This document shows positions 1 to 12,100 of a DNA stretch of 64,000 nucleotides, piece by piece. A program made the translations under genes and the position numbers. This stretch comes from Magnetococcales bacterium DCbin2 (GTDB lineage: Bacteria; Pseudomonadota; Magnetococcia; Magnetococcales; UBA8363): contig PEAO01000002.1 in the NCBI GenBank assembly GCA_002753615.1, forward strand, positions 30,261 to 94,260. Direction: 5' to 3'. How positions within the stretch are numbered: position 1 is the stretch's first letter; every line of letters starts with the position of its first letter. The notes below the pieces were generated by a model. The model did no database searches. It was not told where the DNA came from and was given only the letters and a program-made list of their open reading frames with translations.

Positions 1-3000
1 ATTGACGGCAATATTGGGTTGATCGTTGACCGGCCTGACGGTCACCTGGACGGTCGCAACATCGATGCGGCGATCACCGGCATTCAGGGTATAGGTGAAC
101 TGATCACGACCGTTATAGTTGGGATTGGGGATGTAGAGAAATGATTGATTGCCCACATAAACAACCCGACCATGCGCCCCCTGGGTAAAGGCAATAATGG
201 TCAACTTGGGATTGGTGCCCCCTTTAAAATCGGGATCGCGGTCATTGCGGAGAAGATTGATAGTCTGACCCGGTTCGTCTTCATGGGCCACCAGGGTATC
301 ATCACCGGCGTCCAAACCATCCATGACAGGATTGATGATGACGACGGTCGTAAAAGCATATTTCCCCGTCCTATCCGTCACCGTATAGGTGAACTGATCA
401 TATCCCTTGAAGTTGGCATTGGGGGTATAGACAAAACGGCCATTGCCCTGATCGACCAAGGAACCAAACTGCGGTTGGGTAAAACCAGAGATGGTCAACC
501 CCGTCGCATCACCATCATAATCATTGGCCAAAAGCGATGGCCCGACATCGATGACAACCGGCTCATCGGCCACAAAAGGATGGTCCGGCGGTGACATGAT
601 GGCATCCATCCCCGGTAAGGGGGGATCCTCAACAGGCGTCACCTCCAAAACCACCGTTTTTCCGGTCGTCGCTGCGGATACCGTACCATCATTCCCTTGA
701 TCACTGATCAATAGGGCAAGCCTGTCGTACCCGTTATAATCCCAGACCCCCTGATAGTGCAGCCCCATCAAGGCGCGATTGACGATATCAACCGGACCCA
801 CCAAAGTCATGGATGCGGTATGGTTGCGGCCATTTTGAAATTGCAACCCGTCTAATTCCGGGACACTCAAACGCCCATGCTCCACCGACAGACGGACCAA
901 AATCATCCCGGAACCGATATCGGAATCGGAGACCCAGATGCCGCGCAAAGGGGTACTTTCATCCTCCAAAACCGTAAACCATCCAGGGGAGGTCAAAACA
1001 GGTGGCTCGTTGACCGGCGTGATGGTGATGGTAAAAGGGGTCTGCGCCAAACGGCCCCCCTGGCCATCGGAAACGGTAAAGGTAAAACCATCCGTCACGG
1101 TGTCGCTGCCATCGTGGAAATATTCCACCCTTCCGGCCATGAGATCCGCCTGGGAAAATCGTTGCCCAGAATCCAGTGCCACACCATTGAGACGCAATTG
1201 ACCATGAACCGGAATCGTTGACACATCATAAAAAATTTCCCCCGAATGGGACTCCGCATCGGTCACCGACAACCCAGCGGTTGATAACGCCGCCCTCCCC
1301 CCTTCGGCAACCGTCAATCCGGCATTGGTCAACAACCGTGGCGCATCATTCACCGGCGTTACCCGGATAAATATTGGTTGGCTCAACAGATAACCACCCG
1401 CATCGTCGGTGATGGAGACCAAAAATGAATCGTTTGTCGATTCATCACCACCATGGCTATAGACGACACGATGGTTGTCGATGTCGTCCTGACTAAATAG
1501 ACTTCCACGAGAGAGCGAAACACCATGCAACGTCAGGACGCCATGGGTTGGAACCGACGCCACAATAAATTGAATCTGGGACGGCCCTTGTTCTAAATCC
1601 AAAGCTTTGAGCATCGCAGAGGTGAGGGTCACCTGGCCCCCTTCTTCAAGATCCAACCCGGTGTTGGTCACCAGGGAGGGATTGTCATTCGCGGCGGTCA
1701 CGGTCACCACCACCCAGACCGTATCCATCCGTTGATCACCGGCACTCAAGGTGTAGGAAAAATGGTCGTATCCATCAAAATCGGCCTCAGGAACATAGGT
1801 AAAACGGCCATCCCCGTTCCAGGTTAGCGAACCGTGGGCGGCGGCACTGAATCCGATGATGCTCAAGGCAGGGTTGCGGCCATCGGGGAGATAATCGGGA
1901 TCACGATCATTCGCCAACAAGTTGTCCGTCACCACCATACCATCTTCAACAACGGTCACCTGGTCATCCCCAGGACGCAATTGATCCGCCAGGGGATTGA
2001 CCACCACACTCACCGTGGACGATGCCCGGCCACCGTTGCTATTGATGATGGTGTAGGTAAACGAGTCCAAGCCATTATAGTGCGCCGCAGGGGTATAAAT
2101 CAGGTTGGAACCCGATACGGTCACCGTACCGTGAGCCGATTGGGTAACACTCTCCAGTGAAAAAGAGAGGCCGTCGGGATCAAAATCGTTGGCCAGAATA
2201 TCGGAGGCGATATCCAACGTCAGGGCAATATCCTCCGCCGTACTGAAGGCGTCTAACCCCGCGTTGGGATTATCGGCGGTAGCCTGCACGGTAATGCCCA
2301 CGCTACCGATGGCCACCTTCGCCCCACCAACCCCCGATAAACCACCATCATCGGCGACCAAAACCAGTTGATCCGATCCATTAAAATTGGCATTCCCCCG
2401 ATAAACGATATGGTTCAAGGCGGCATTGACGCTGGCTATCGAACCAGAAAATGTCCAGGATCCCGATCCATTGGCCCCGGCACTGCTGGTCAAAGCGGTC
2501 GTCACAGGGAGGGTCACCGTTCCATGGGAAACCGACAGGCTCACATGGATCACCCCAACACCCAGATCGGAATCGGAAATCTGAACGCCGGTGATATCTA
2601 GATTTTGATCCTCATTGCCGCTCCATCCGCCGGGCAAACTCCAGACCGGGGCATCATTGCCGGGAATCACGGTGATCCCCTGGACGGTAACAGGTGTCGC
2701 TCCGCCCTGGGGGTCGGTGACATGAAAGCTAAAACTGTCCCCGGTCGTTTCACTGCCATCATGGACATACACCAAACCACCGGCGTTGACATCGGCCTGG
2801 GTAAAAACGCCCCCACCCAACCCCAGGGTCATACCATGGAATGAAAGGTAGCCATGCACCGGCAACGCATCCAGCACATAGCCCAACGATGCCGCCCCCC
2901 CTTCGGTATCGGTCGCCAAAAGGATGGTACCATCGATCACCCCCTGACCCCCTTCGATCACACTCACCGCCCCCTGGGTCAAAACCGGATTGTCATTGAC

Positions 3001-6000
3001 CGCCGTGACCGTCACACCAAAATTGGTCTCCAACATCGTACCGCCAACGCCATCGGTGGCGGTAAAGCTGAAACTATCGGCGGACGTTTCCGAGCCATCA
3101 TGGCGATAGAGCAATCGCCCCTGCTGCATCATCTCCTGAGTCCAGGTTTGCCCCGGAGACAAGATCGTGCCATCCCGCTCCAAACGCCCATGGACCGGGG
3201 CATTCACCAATGTCACAGTCACCTGCGAGGCCGATTGTTCGGGATCGCTCACCGGGAGCATGGCCGCAGTGATCACGAGGGTTCCCCCCTCCAAAACCGG
3301 ACCACTCGCCGGGGCTGCCATCATGGGGGCATCATTCTGCGGTGTCACGGTGATGGTCACGGTGCCAACGTCAATACGGGCATCCCCCGCATTGAGGGTA
3401 TAGGTCAGGGTATCGGTTCCAAAATAATTGGGGTCCGGGGTATAAACCAACTGGCCATTGCCCAAATGGACCACTTGACCATGGGCGGGATTGGAAAAGC
3501 CGATGACGTTCAGTGCCGGGTTCAGGCCATTGGGGAGAAAATCGGGATCCAGATCATTATCCAAAACCGAAAGGGTGACCGCCGTGTCTTCTCCTGTGCT
3601 GGCACTATCGTTGCCGGCGACAAGGCTGTCGGGGATTGGATTGACAACCACAGTCACCGTCCCCACATCGGTGTTGCCGTGGCCATCTCCTATCGTATAG
3701 GTGAAGGCATCGACCCCGTGATAATCGTTATTGGAAAGATAGCTTAGGGTTCCGTTGCCGTTGTTGACCAGCACACCCTGGGAAGGGTTGGTGAATGAGA
3801 CAAAAGTTAATAGATCCCCGTCCACATCCCCGTCGTTGGCCAGCAAATCCCCGGTGATGGTGATGATTTTGGTGACATCTTCCTGGGCCAAAATGGCGTC
3901 GGCGTTGGCCACAGGGGTATCCTGGACCGGATTGACAGTGATGGCCACCGCTGCGGCGGCAGATTTGGCCCCACCGCTGCCGGACCCTCCTAAATCATTG
4001 GCGACGATGGTGAAACTATCGGCACCAACATAATCGGCATCGGGTTCATAGAACATCCCATTGAGGGCATCGTTGATGGCAGCGAGGGATCCCGAAAAAA
4101 TCATGGTGGCACTGCCATCCGCCCCCAGCGAAAAATGTAAACCAACCGTGGTCCCCAAATCCACGATCCCATGGTTCACCCCCAGCGAAAGTTGGATATC
4201 CCCCGCCCCAAGATCGGCATCGGTCACGTTGATTCCGGCCAAAATCAACATCAAGTCCTCCCCCACAACCCTGGGACCGGAGACGGTCACCACGGGGGGA
4301 TCGTTGACGGCGACGACGCTCATGTTGGAGGAGACCACGGTGCTGGACAATGAACCATCGTGGACGCTGAAACCCACCTGACGCAAAGAGGACTGAGGCG
4401 TATCACCGTTATCATTGACATACCGGACCGAGCGGAGTGCCGTTTGATAATCGGCCACCGAAGCGGAACCCGACAAAGCCATGACCCCGGTAGCCCCATC
4501 CCAACTGCCTGAAATCCCCAACTGGTTGGTAAAAACCAAACGGTCCTCTGCCGCCACATAATTGCTGGAAATCACAACGGTTGCCCCTTGCAACGTCGTG
4601 GAATCGGCATCGCTGAGGGTCAGGTTGGGATCGATAAGGGTTGCGGCATCGTTTTCACTGTAGGTGAACGCGGTACCACCCGCCAACCCCGGACGGTCGT
4701 TGACCGCGACCACAGTGATCAACGATTGACTGGCAGGGCCGGTTCCCGAAGTATCGATCCCTTGCCAGGCCAGGGTACGCATCCCCGCCGTCGGGTTATC
4801 ACCCGCTGCATTGTTGTAGGTAACACTCGCCAAGGCGGTCTGATAATCGGCCATGGAAGCGACACCGCTCAACGTGAGAATTCCCGTTCCGGCATCCCAG
4901 GCACCCAGGATGCTGGCCGTATTGACAATACCCAGAACATCCTCCCCCGTACTGTAACCACCCACAATGGCCACCTGGGCACCGATGAGATGGGTTCCAT
5001 CGGGGTCGCTCACCGTCATGGAAGAAGAAGCCACCAGGGTGGCGTCACCCTCGGTAAACACCAACGCCCCCCCGGCAGTCACCACCAAAGGATCATTCAC
5101 TGGAGTGACCGTGATCACAAAGGGGGTTTCGCCAGAGCTTCCCCCCTGACTGTCGGAAACGGTAAACCGGAATTCATCCGTCAAGGTCTCCCCGCCATCA
5201 TGGAGATAATCAACCTTGGAAGCCGCCAAATCAGCCTGGGTAAACGTCTGCCCCACACTCAATGCCGTACCATTGAGACGTACCTGGCCGTGACTTCCCA
5301 CTGCTGTCAGGCTGTAAACAATGGCGTTATTGCCCGACTCGGCATCGGTCACCGCCAGAGCTGCGGACGTAATCACCCCACTCCCCCCCTCGGCCACCGT
5401 CAACCCGGTATTGACACTCAGTTGCGGGGCATCATTGACCGCCGCCACCGTAACCGCCACCGTTTGGTTCAACAAAAAGCCACCCACCCCATCCATGACC
5501 GTCAGGACAAAAGGGTCGCTGACCGATTCACCGCCATCGTGGGTATAAACAACCCGATGATTATCGATATCGTCCTGACTAAAGATTGCCCCAGCGGCCA
5601 GGGCGGTACCACTCAGGGAGAGAGTGCCGTGGGATGGGGGGGTAGCCAGGATGAATTGCACCTGGGTCGCGGATTGTTCCAAATCCTGGCCTAGAAGCAT
5701 CACGTTGGTGAGGACAACCGAGTCCCCCTCGTTAAGACTCAATCCGGTGTTGATAGGGAGTGTGGGGTCATCATTGAGTGCCGTCACGGTGAAAGTAATA
5801 TCCCCGGTGCCGGTGCGCAGATCCCCCGCACTCAGGGTGTAGGAGATGACCTCGATGCCCGTGAAATCGGCATCGGGGACATAATGAAACTGGCCACCCC
5901 CCAGATACGTGACCGTTCCAAAAGCTGCCGGCGTAAAACCAATGATCGAAAGAGCGGGATTGATCCCATCGGGGAGAAAATCGGGATCACGATCATTGGC

Positions 6001-9000
6001 CAACAGATTACCCGTAGTCACCGAACCATCCTCCAGCAGGCTCACAGCGTCGTCCACCGGGGACAAGGCATTTTCCACCGGGGCGACAGTCATACTGACG
6101 GTGGCGGTGGCACTATCGCCACGGGCGTTGACGATGGTATAGGTGAATGCATCCAAACCGTTGTAAAGGGCAACCGGTGCATACACCAATGTCGCCCCAA
6201 CCGGGGTTACCGTTCCGTGGGTCGGTTGGGTAAAACTTACAAAGGTCAGGACACCCCCATCGGGATCGGTATCGTTGATCATTAAATCATCGGCGATATC
6301 CAGCGTCACACTGGTACTCTCCGCCGTGACAAACCCATCCGCACCGACAATCGGATTATCATTCACCGGCTGCACGGTGATAGACACGTTGGCCACCGCC
6401 ACTTTGGCCCCACCCGCGCCAGAACCACCGCCGTCGCTAACCACCAGGACCAATGAATCAGCACCATTGAAATTGGCCTGTCCCCGATAGAGGATGTGGG
6501 CCAAGGCGGCATTCACATTGGCTGCTGTCCCAGAAACAGTCCATGTTGCCGTCCCATTGCCTCCGGCATCAAAGGTCAAACCCACCGTGGAGGATAACGT
6601 CAAGATTCCATGGGCAACCGTCGCCGTTACCGAGGCATTGCCGCCACCCAAATCGGCATCGGAAAAGCTAATGCCGGTGATGTCCGTATCCACATCCTCG
6701 TTGATGGACTGCGCACCGGGGAGACTCCAAACCGGGGCGTCATTGGCCGCCGTGATGGTAATCGGCAATGCGGTGGTCGCCAACGTCCCCCCCTGGGAAT
6801 CGTTGATATGAAAGCTGAAGCTGTCGGCCAGGGTTTCACTGCCATTGTGGCGATACACCAGATTGCCAGAATCCACATCGACCTGAGTAAACTGCCCCCC
6901 CAACCCCAAAGCGACACCGTTGAGCAGCACACTCCCCTGGGGGGGCAATACATCCAGAACATAGGTCAAATCAGCCGCCGTATCCTCAACATCGGTGGCT
7001 GCAAGGTTGCCATTGCCGATGGTCACATCCCCCCCTTCAGCAACAGTCACCCCATTTTTGACCAAAACCGGGTTGTCATTGGCCGGAATCACCGTCAGAT
7101 TAAAGTTGGTTTCCGTAAGCGAACCGCCCACCCCATCCGCCGCCGTAAAACTGAAATTATCGGCCAGAGTTTCCGACCCACCGTGGGTATACACCAAACG
7201 GTTTTGATTCATGTCATCCTGGGTCCAGGTCTGGCCAGCCACCAGGGCAACACCATTCAACGTCAAGCTGCCATAGTCCGGGGTATTCACCAACGTCAAA
7301 GTCACCTGGGCCGCCGCTTGTTCCACATCTGCTATCTGTAGAAAGACCGGGGTGATCGTCACCGACGCCCCTTCCACCACCGCCGCACCGGTATTGGTGG
7401 CAACCATGGGCATATCGTTGATGTTGTTAACAGTGAGATTTACCGTCCCCACATCGGTTCGGGCATCACCAACACTCAAGGTGTAGGTAAAAGAGTCGGC
7501 TCCCGCATAATCATCATCGGGGGTATAGATAAACTGACCATTCCCCTGGTAGGTCACCTGACCGTGGGCGGGATCGGTAAATCCGATGACCGCACGCGCC
7601 GGGTTCAAACCAAAAGGGAGGAAATCGGGATCACGATCATTGTCCAAAACCCAAAAACTGGTGGCAACCTCCTCATCGGTCGTCGCAGTGTCAGAGTTGG
7701 CTTGCAGGCTGTCGGGAATATCATTGACGACCATCGTGACGACAGACTGGCTGGTGTTACCATGACCATCGCTCACCGTGTAATTAAAAGAATCGTTGCC
7801 ATGATAATTGCTGCTGGAAAGATAGGTCAGGGTACCGTTGCCGTTATCCACCAAGGTGCCATAAGAAGGATTAGTAAAAGAAACCAGCGTGAACAAATCC
7901 CCATCCACGTCGGTATCGTTCGCCAACAGATCGGTGGCGATGGTGATGATCTTTGGAATATCTTCAAACGCGCTGATGGCATCGATGCTAGCGACCGGAG
8001 CATCCTGAACCGCCGTGACGGTGATCCCCAGAGAGGCCGCCGTTGATTGGGCACCACCGCTGCCGGAACCACCCAGATCATTGGCGACGATGGCCAGGGA
8101 TTCGGCACCAAAATAATCACCGTCGGGCTGATAGGTCATCCCGTTCAAGGCGTTGTTCACCTGGGCCACCGTCCCGGAAATCGTCATGGTGGAACTGCCG
8201 TTAGCCCCCGCAATAAAGCTCAAACCCGCCGTCGTTGCTAAATTGATGATGCCGTGGTTCACCGCCAGGGCCAGTTGAATGTTCCCCCCAGCGATATCGA
8301 CATCGGCCACAGAGATACCCGTCAAACTTAAACTTTGATCCTCATTGACTGTCCCTGGAGCCGGAAGGGTGATCACCGGGGGATCATTGACCGCCGACAC
8401 CGTGACATTAACCGACACCGCTACGCTGGCAAGACCACCATCATAGACGCTGAATTGAACCTGGCGGGTGGATGCCTGCGGAGCGGTAGTATTGTCGTTG
8501 ATATACCGCACCGAACGCAGTGCGTTGCGATAGTTGGTCAACGTCGCCGGACCCGAAAGGGTCAACACCCCGGTCGCCCCATCCCAACTGCCGGAAATCC
8601 CCGATTGATTGACAAAGACCAGCCGATCCTCGCCGACGACAAAATTATTGGCGATGGTCACGGTCGCACTTTGCATGGTGGTGTTGTCGGCATCGGCCAC
8701 CGTCACGGTCGCATCCATGACCGTCCCGGCATCGTTCTCCTGATAGTTGAGTGCAGCAGAGGCGGTCATCACCGGGCGATCATTGACCGCCTGCACGGTG
8801 ACGGTGGAGGGACTTGCCGGGCTGGTCCCAAGGGCCGAAGTTACCCTCCAGGCCAGAGTTCGCACCCCGGCGGTGGGATTATCGCCGCCAGCATTGTTGT
8901 AGGTGATGCTCCGCAATGCCGTGAGATAATTGGCCGTCGTCGTGGTGCCCGTCAAAGAGAGTACCCCGGTCCCAGCGTTCCATGTCCCGGTGATGGCCCC

Positions 9001-9190
9001 GGTATTGACAAAATTTAATACATCCTGACCTGCAACATACCCCGCCGTAATGGACACCTGGGCACCCGTCAGATTGGCACCATCTTCATTGGAGACCGTC
9101 AAACCCGCATCGGCGACGGTCGCCGCATTCCCTTCAACAAACGTCAACGCCCCCCCCGCCGTCACCGCCAGGGGGTCATAGACATTATAA
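1..9190 (-). repeat. ~4.08-kb higher-order repeat (about 1361 codons per unit) inside the giant gene, roughly 2.25 copies in the window
   Basis: 4494-4548 aligns to 8577-8631 (45/55 identical by eye, offset 4083). 4921-5080 aligns to 9004-9163. Antisense ORF peptides recur at the same offset (877-1221 vs ~4960-5300; 2368-2844 vs ~6450-6930). Similarity fades near 9190. Confidence 0.7.
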
Positions 9191-12100
9191 ACTGTAATGG
9201 CCACCGTCCCCGCAGCCGTCCCCCCGGTACTGTCGGTCACCCCGATAGCCAAACTGTCGGTGCCATTGAAATTCAAGCTCCCGCGATAGACCAACGCATT
9301 CGTCCCCGCCAGGGTGGCATTCAATTGTGCCAGAGTTCCCACCAGGGTGACCGCCCCAGTCCCATTGCCCGTCACACCCGCAGCCCCCACACCCCCGGCA
9401 ACAGCGGTATCCACTGTCACGGTGCCTTGGGTCACCGCAAGAGTCACTGTGGTATTGCCCGTGGCATCGATGTCGGTGAGTGACAGGCCCGGAATAGCAA
9501 TATTTTGCTCCTCAAGTCCCCAAACACCGTCGGCGGATGTATTCCAGGTTGCCCCGGTGATCGTGCCGTTCTTCGCACCAGCTTGGTCGTTGGCTACGGC
9601 CCCCACCCCCTCGTTCAAAGGCCAATACCCAACCAGACCCGCCTCGGAACCTGTCAGAGTCCGGCTCATGTTGGTCACAATGCTGGCGGACGATTGCGCG
9701 GTGTTCCAAATGCGCACATCGGCAAGACCACCCTTCATATCATTCAAAAGGTTGGACCTGGCTCCCAGGTAAAATCCGGTCTGTGCCTCGTGAACTCCGG
9801 GCTGGCTGACCTGTTTTTCCAACTGCCCGTTGACCATGACGCGGGTGTTGGTGCCATCGAAGGTAAACGCTAGGTGATACCATACCCCTGCGGTCCATGA
9901 AGTGGTGGTGGAGACTGCGGTATCGTAACTGGGACCGCCAATCTTGGTATAAATCCCGATTTCACCACCACCATTCTTGTTAAAACTGATGTGGGGGCGT
10001 CCGGTCGCACCATTACAAAAGAGCAGATCCTGGCGTGCGCTGGCACTGGTCAGGGTGACCGTCGGCTTCCACCACATCTCAATGGTGAATGCGGTCGTCG
10101 GAAAAACAAAGGTAGGGCTAGTAATCGTATCATTATTGCCATCAAAAACCAGTTGATCTCCCGTATCGATCACCACCTGCGGCGCGTCAATCACCTCGGT
10201 AACCGTCAAAGTCGCCGTATCGGTATTGGTGCTGAAAGCGGTGGCACCACCATAACTGGAAACATCGACTTTGTTTCCCGTCGTACCGCTCGTCTGATCC
10301 CAAGCCCGATAGGTCAAACCCACCGATTCTCCGTGCAATCCATCCGGGATATAGCGAATTTGATCGGTATCGCGCAACAACAGGGCGGAAGTTCCCGATA
10401 CCGCCCCCACCGCCGTCCAACCACTACCCGTATCATACTGCCAAGTTCCATAACCGCTGTTCAACGCAGTGATGGCAATCCCCTCCGAAGGGGTAGGCGA
10501 GGTATCGACATCGGTGACCCCAGCCCCGGCGAAAGAGGCGATGGTTTGCCCCGCGTTGGCGGTAGCATCTTCATCGATGGCCGTCAACACTGGAGCCGCT
10601 GCGGTGAGTGTCGGGGCGTCCTGGACCGGTTCCATGGTGATGGAAACCGTTGCCGCACTGGAGTCCAGAGCGGTGCTGTCGGTCACGGTAAAATTCCAGG
10701 TGGCGGTACCATCAAAATCGGCGGCTGGAACAAAAACGACCCGCCTTAACGCATCGCTTGCTGTCGTAATCTGGGCACCCACGGTCAACGGAGTGGTCAA
10801 ATCGCTGGGTACATATAATGTTCCCTCCGTAACGGCATCCGGTATAGAGGTCAGGGTCGCCTGGGTAATCGTATCACCATCCGCATCCGATCCCCCCAAT
10901 GAAACCGTAACACCCGCACTCCCTTCCGTAGGGTAGGTAATCCATTGTGGTTCCCCGGAAGGCGACAAGCTGCCGTTGATGCCATTTTTCGTATCGGTCG
11001 CCACGGTGTCGGCAGAATCGGTAACGCCATCGTCCAACGCATAATAACCGGTCAATCCCGCTTCAGCCCCAGTCAAGGATGTCGTCGTCATATCGGAACG
11101 CGCCCAAGAGAGTGCCGTCGCAGCCGTCGTACTCAAACCGGTGTTCCACAACCGTACCTCGGCAATGGAACCAGGAAAGGTAAAATTTCCCGTATCGGCA
11201 AAGGAACCGATGGAGACTAGGTTGTTGATCGTCGTCGTACTGGTAAAACTGATCCCCCCGGAAAAACTTTCAATATTTTGACCATCCAGGAAAATATCCC
11301 CGACTGGATTATTCCCAACCGTCCTCCAGGTCAAGACGGCGTGATGCCATTGCCCCGATCGGACCACAGCGATGGAGGTCGCATTGAACCCATCCATGCC
11401 ACCAAACAAGTTCCATGTCGGACCTGCGGCATCATTATTTCCGGTGGACTCAACATGCAGGTGAATCAGCTCACTGCCTGCAACCAAACTGCTGGTATTG
11501 GAAAGGATGAATCCATATTTTCCCACAGTCGTGGCATAGCTTTCGTTGATTTTGAACCATAGAGAAATGGTCCCTTCCGTTGGGTTCAGGGGATATTTGG
11601 CCTGGGTTTTATCATCCAGATTGACCCAATCGTTGACACCATCCAGCGTCAGACCATGGTCATTGACCCCTGGAACGGCGATGGGTGCTTCAAGGAGGTC
11701 GTAAAATGAGGAGAAGATCGTCGCATCAAAAGGGCTAGACACGTTCACATCCCCCTGGCGAACTTCCAAATTCCAGTCCCCACCCAAGGTGGCCGCACCC
11801 GTGGCATCGGAAGAGACCGCCACATCGGCACCCGTCAGATGGGACAACGCCTGGACAAAGGCTTCCCCCCGTGATCCGGCCCCCACGTCGCAACCGTAAA
11901 TCAGGATATCCCCATCCTGGGCCAAGGCCGAACCCCAGGTGGCCAAAACCTCCGATTGCCCCTCCAGAGTATCCAGAGTCAACCGTGAGCTACCCAGCAA
12001 AATTTCACCGGCACGCCCGTGGGAGACGATATGGAGGCTCTCAAGTTGCGTTCGCCCGGCCAACAGTTCGGTGATCTGGGCCACCCCATCGCGCTCTGGG

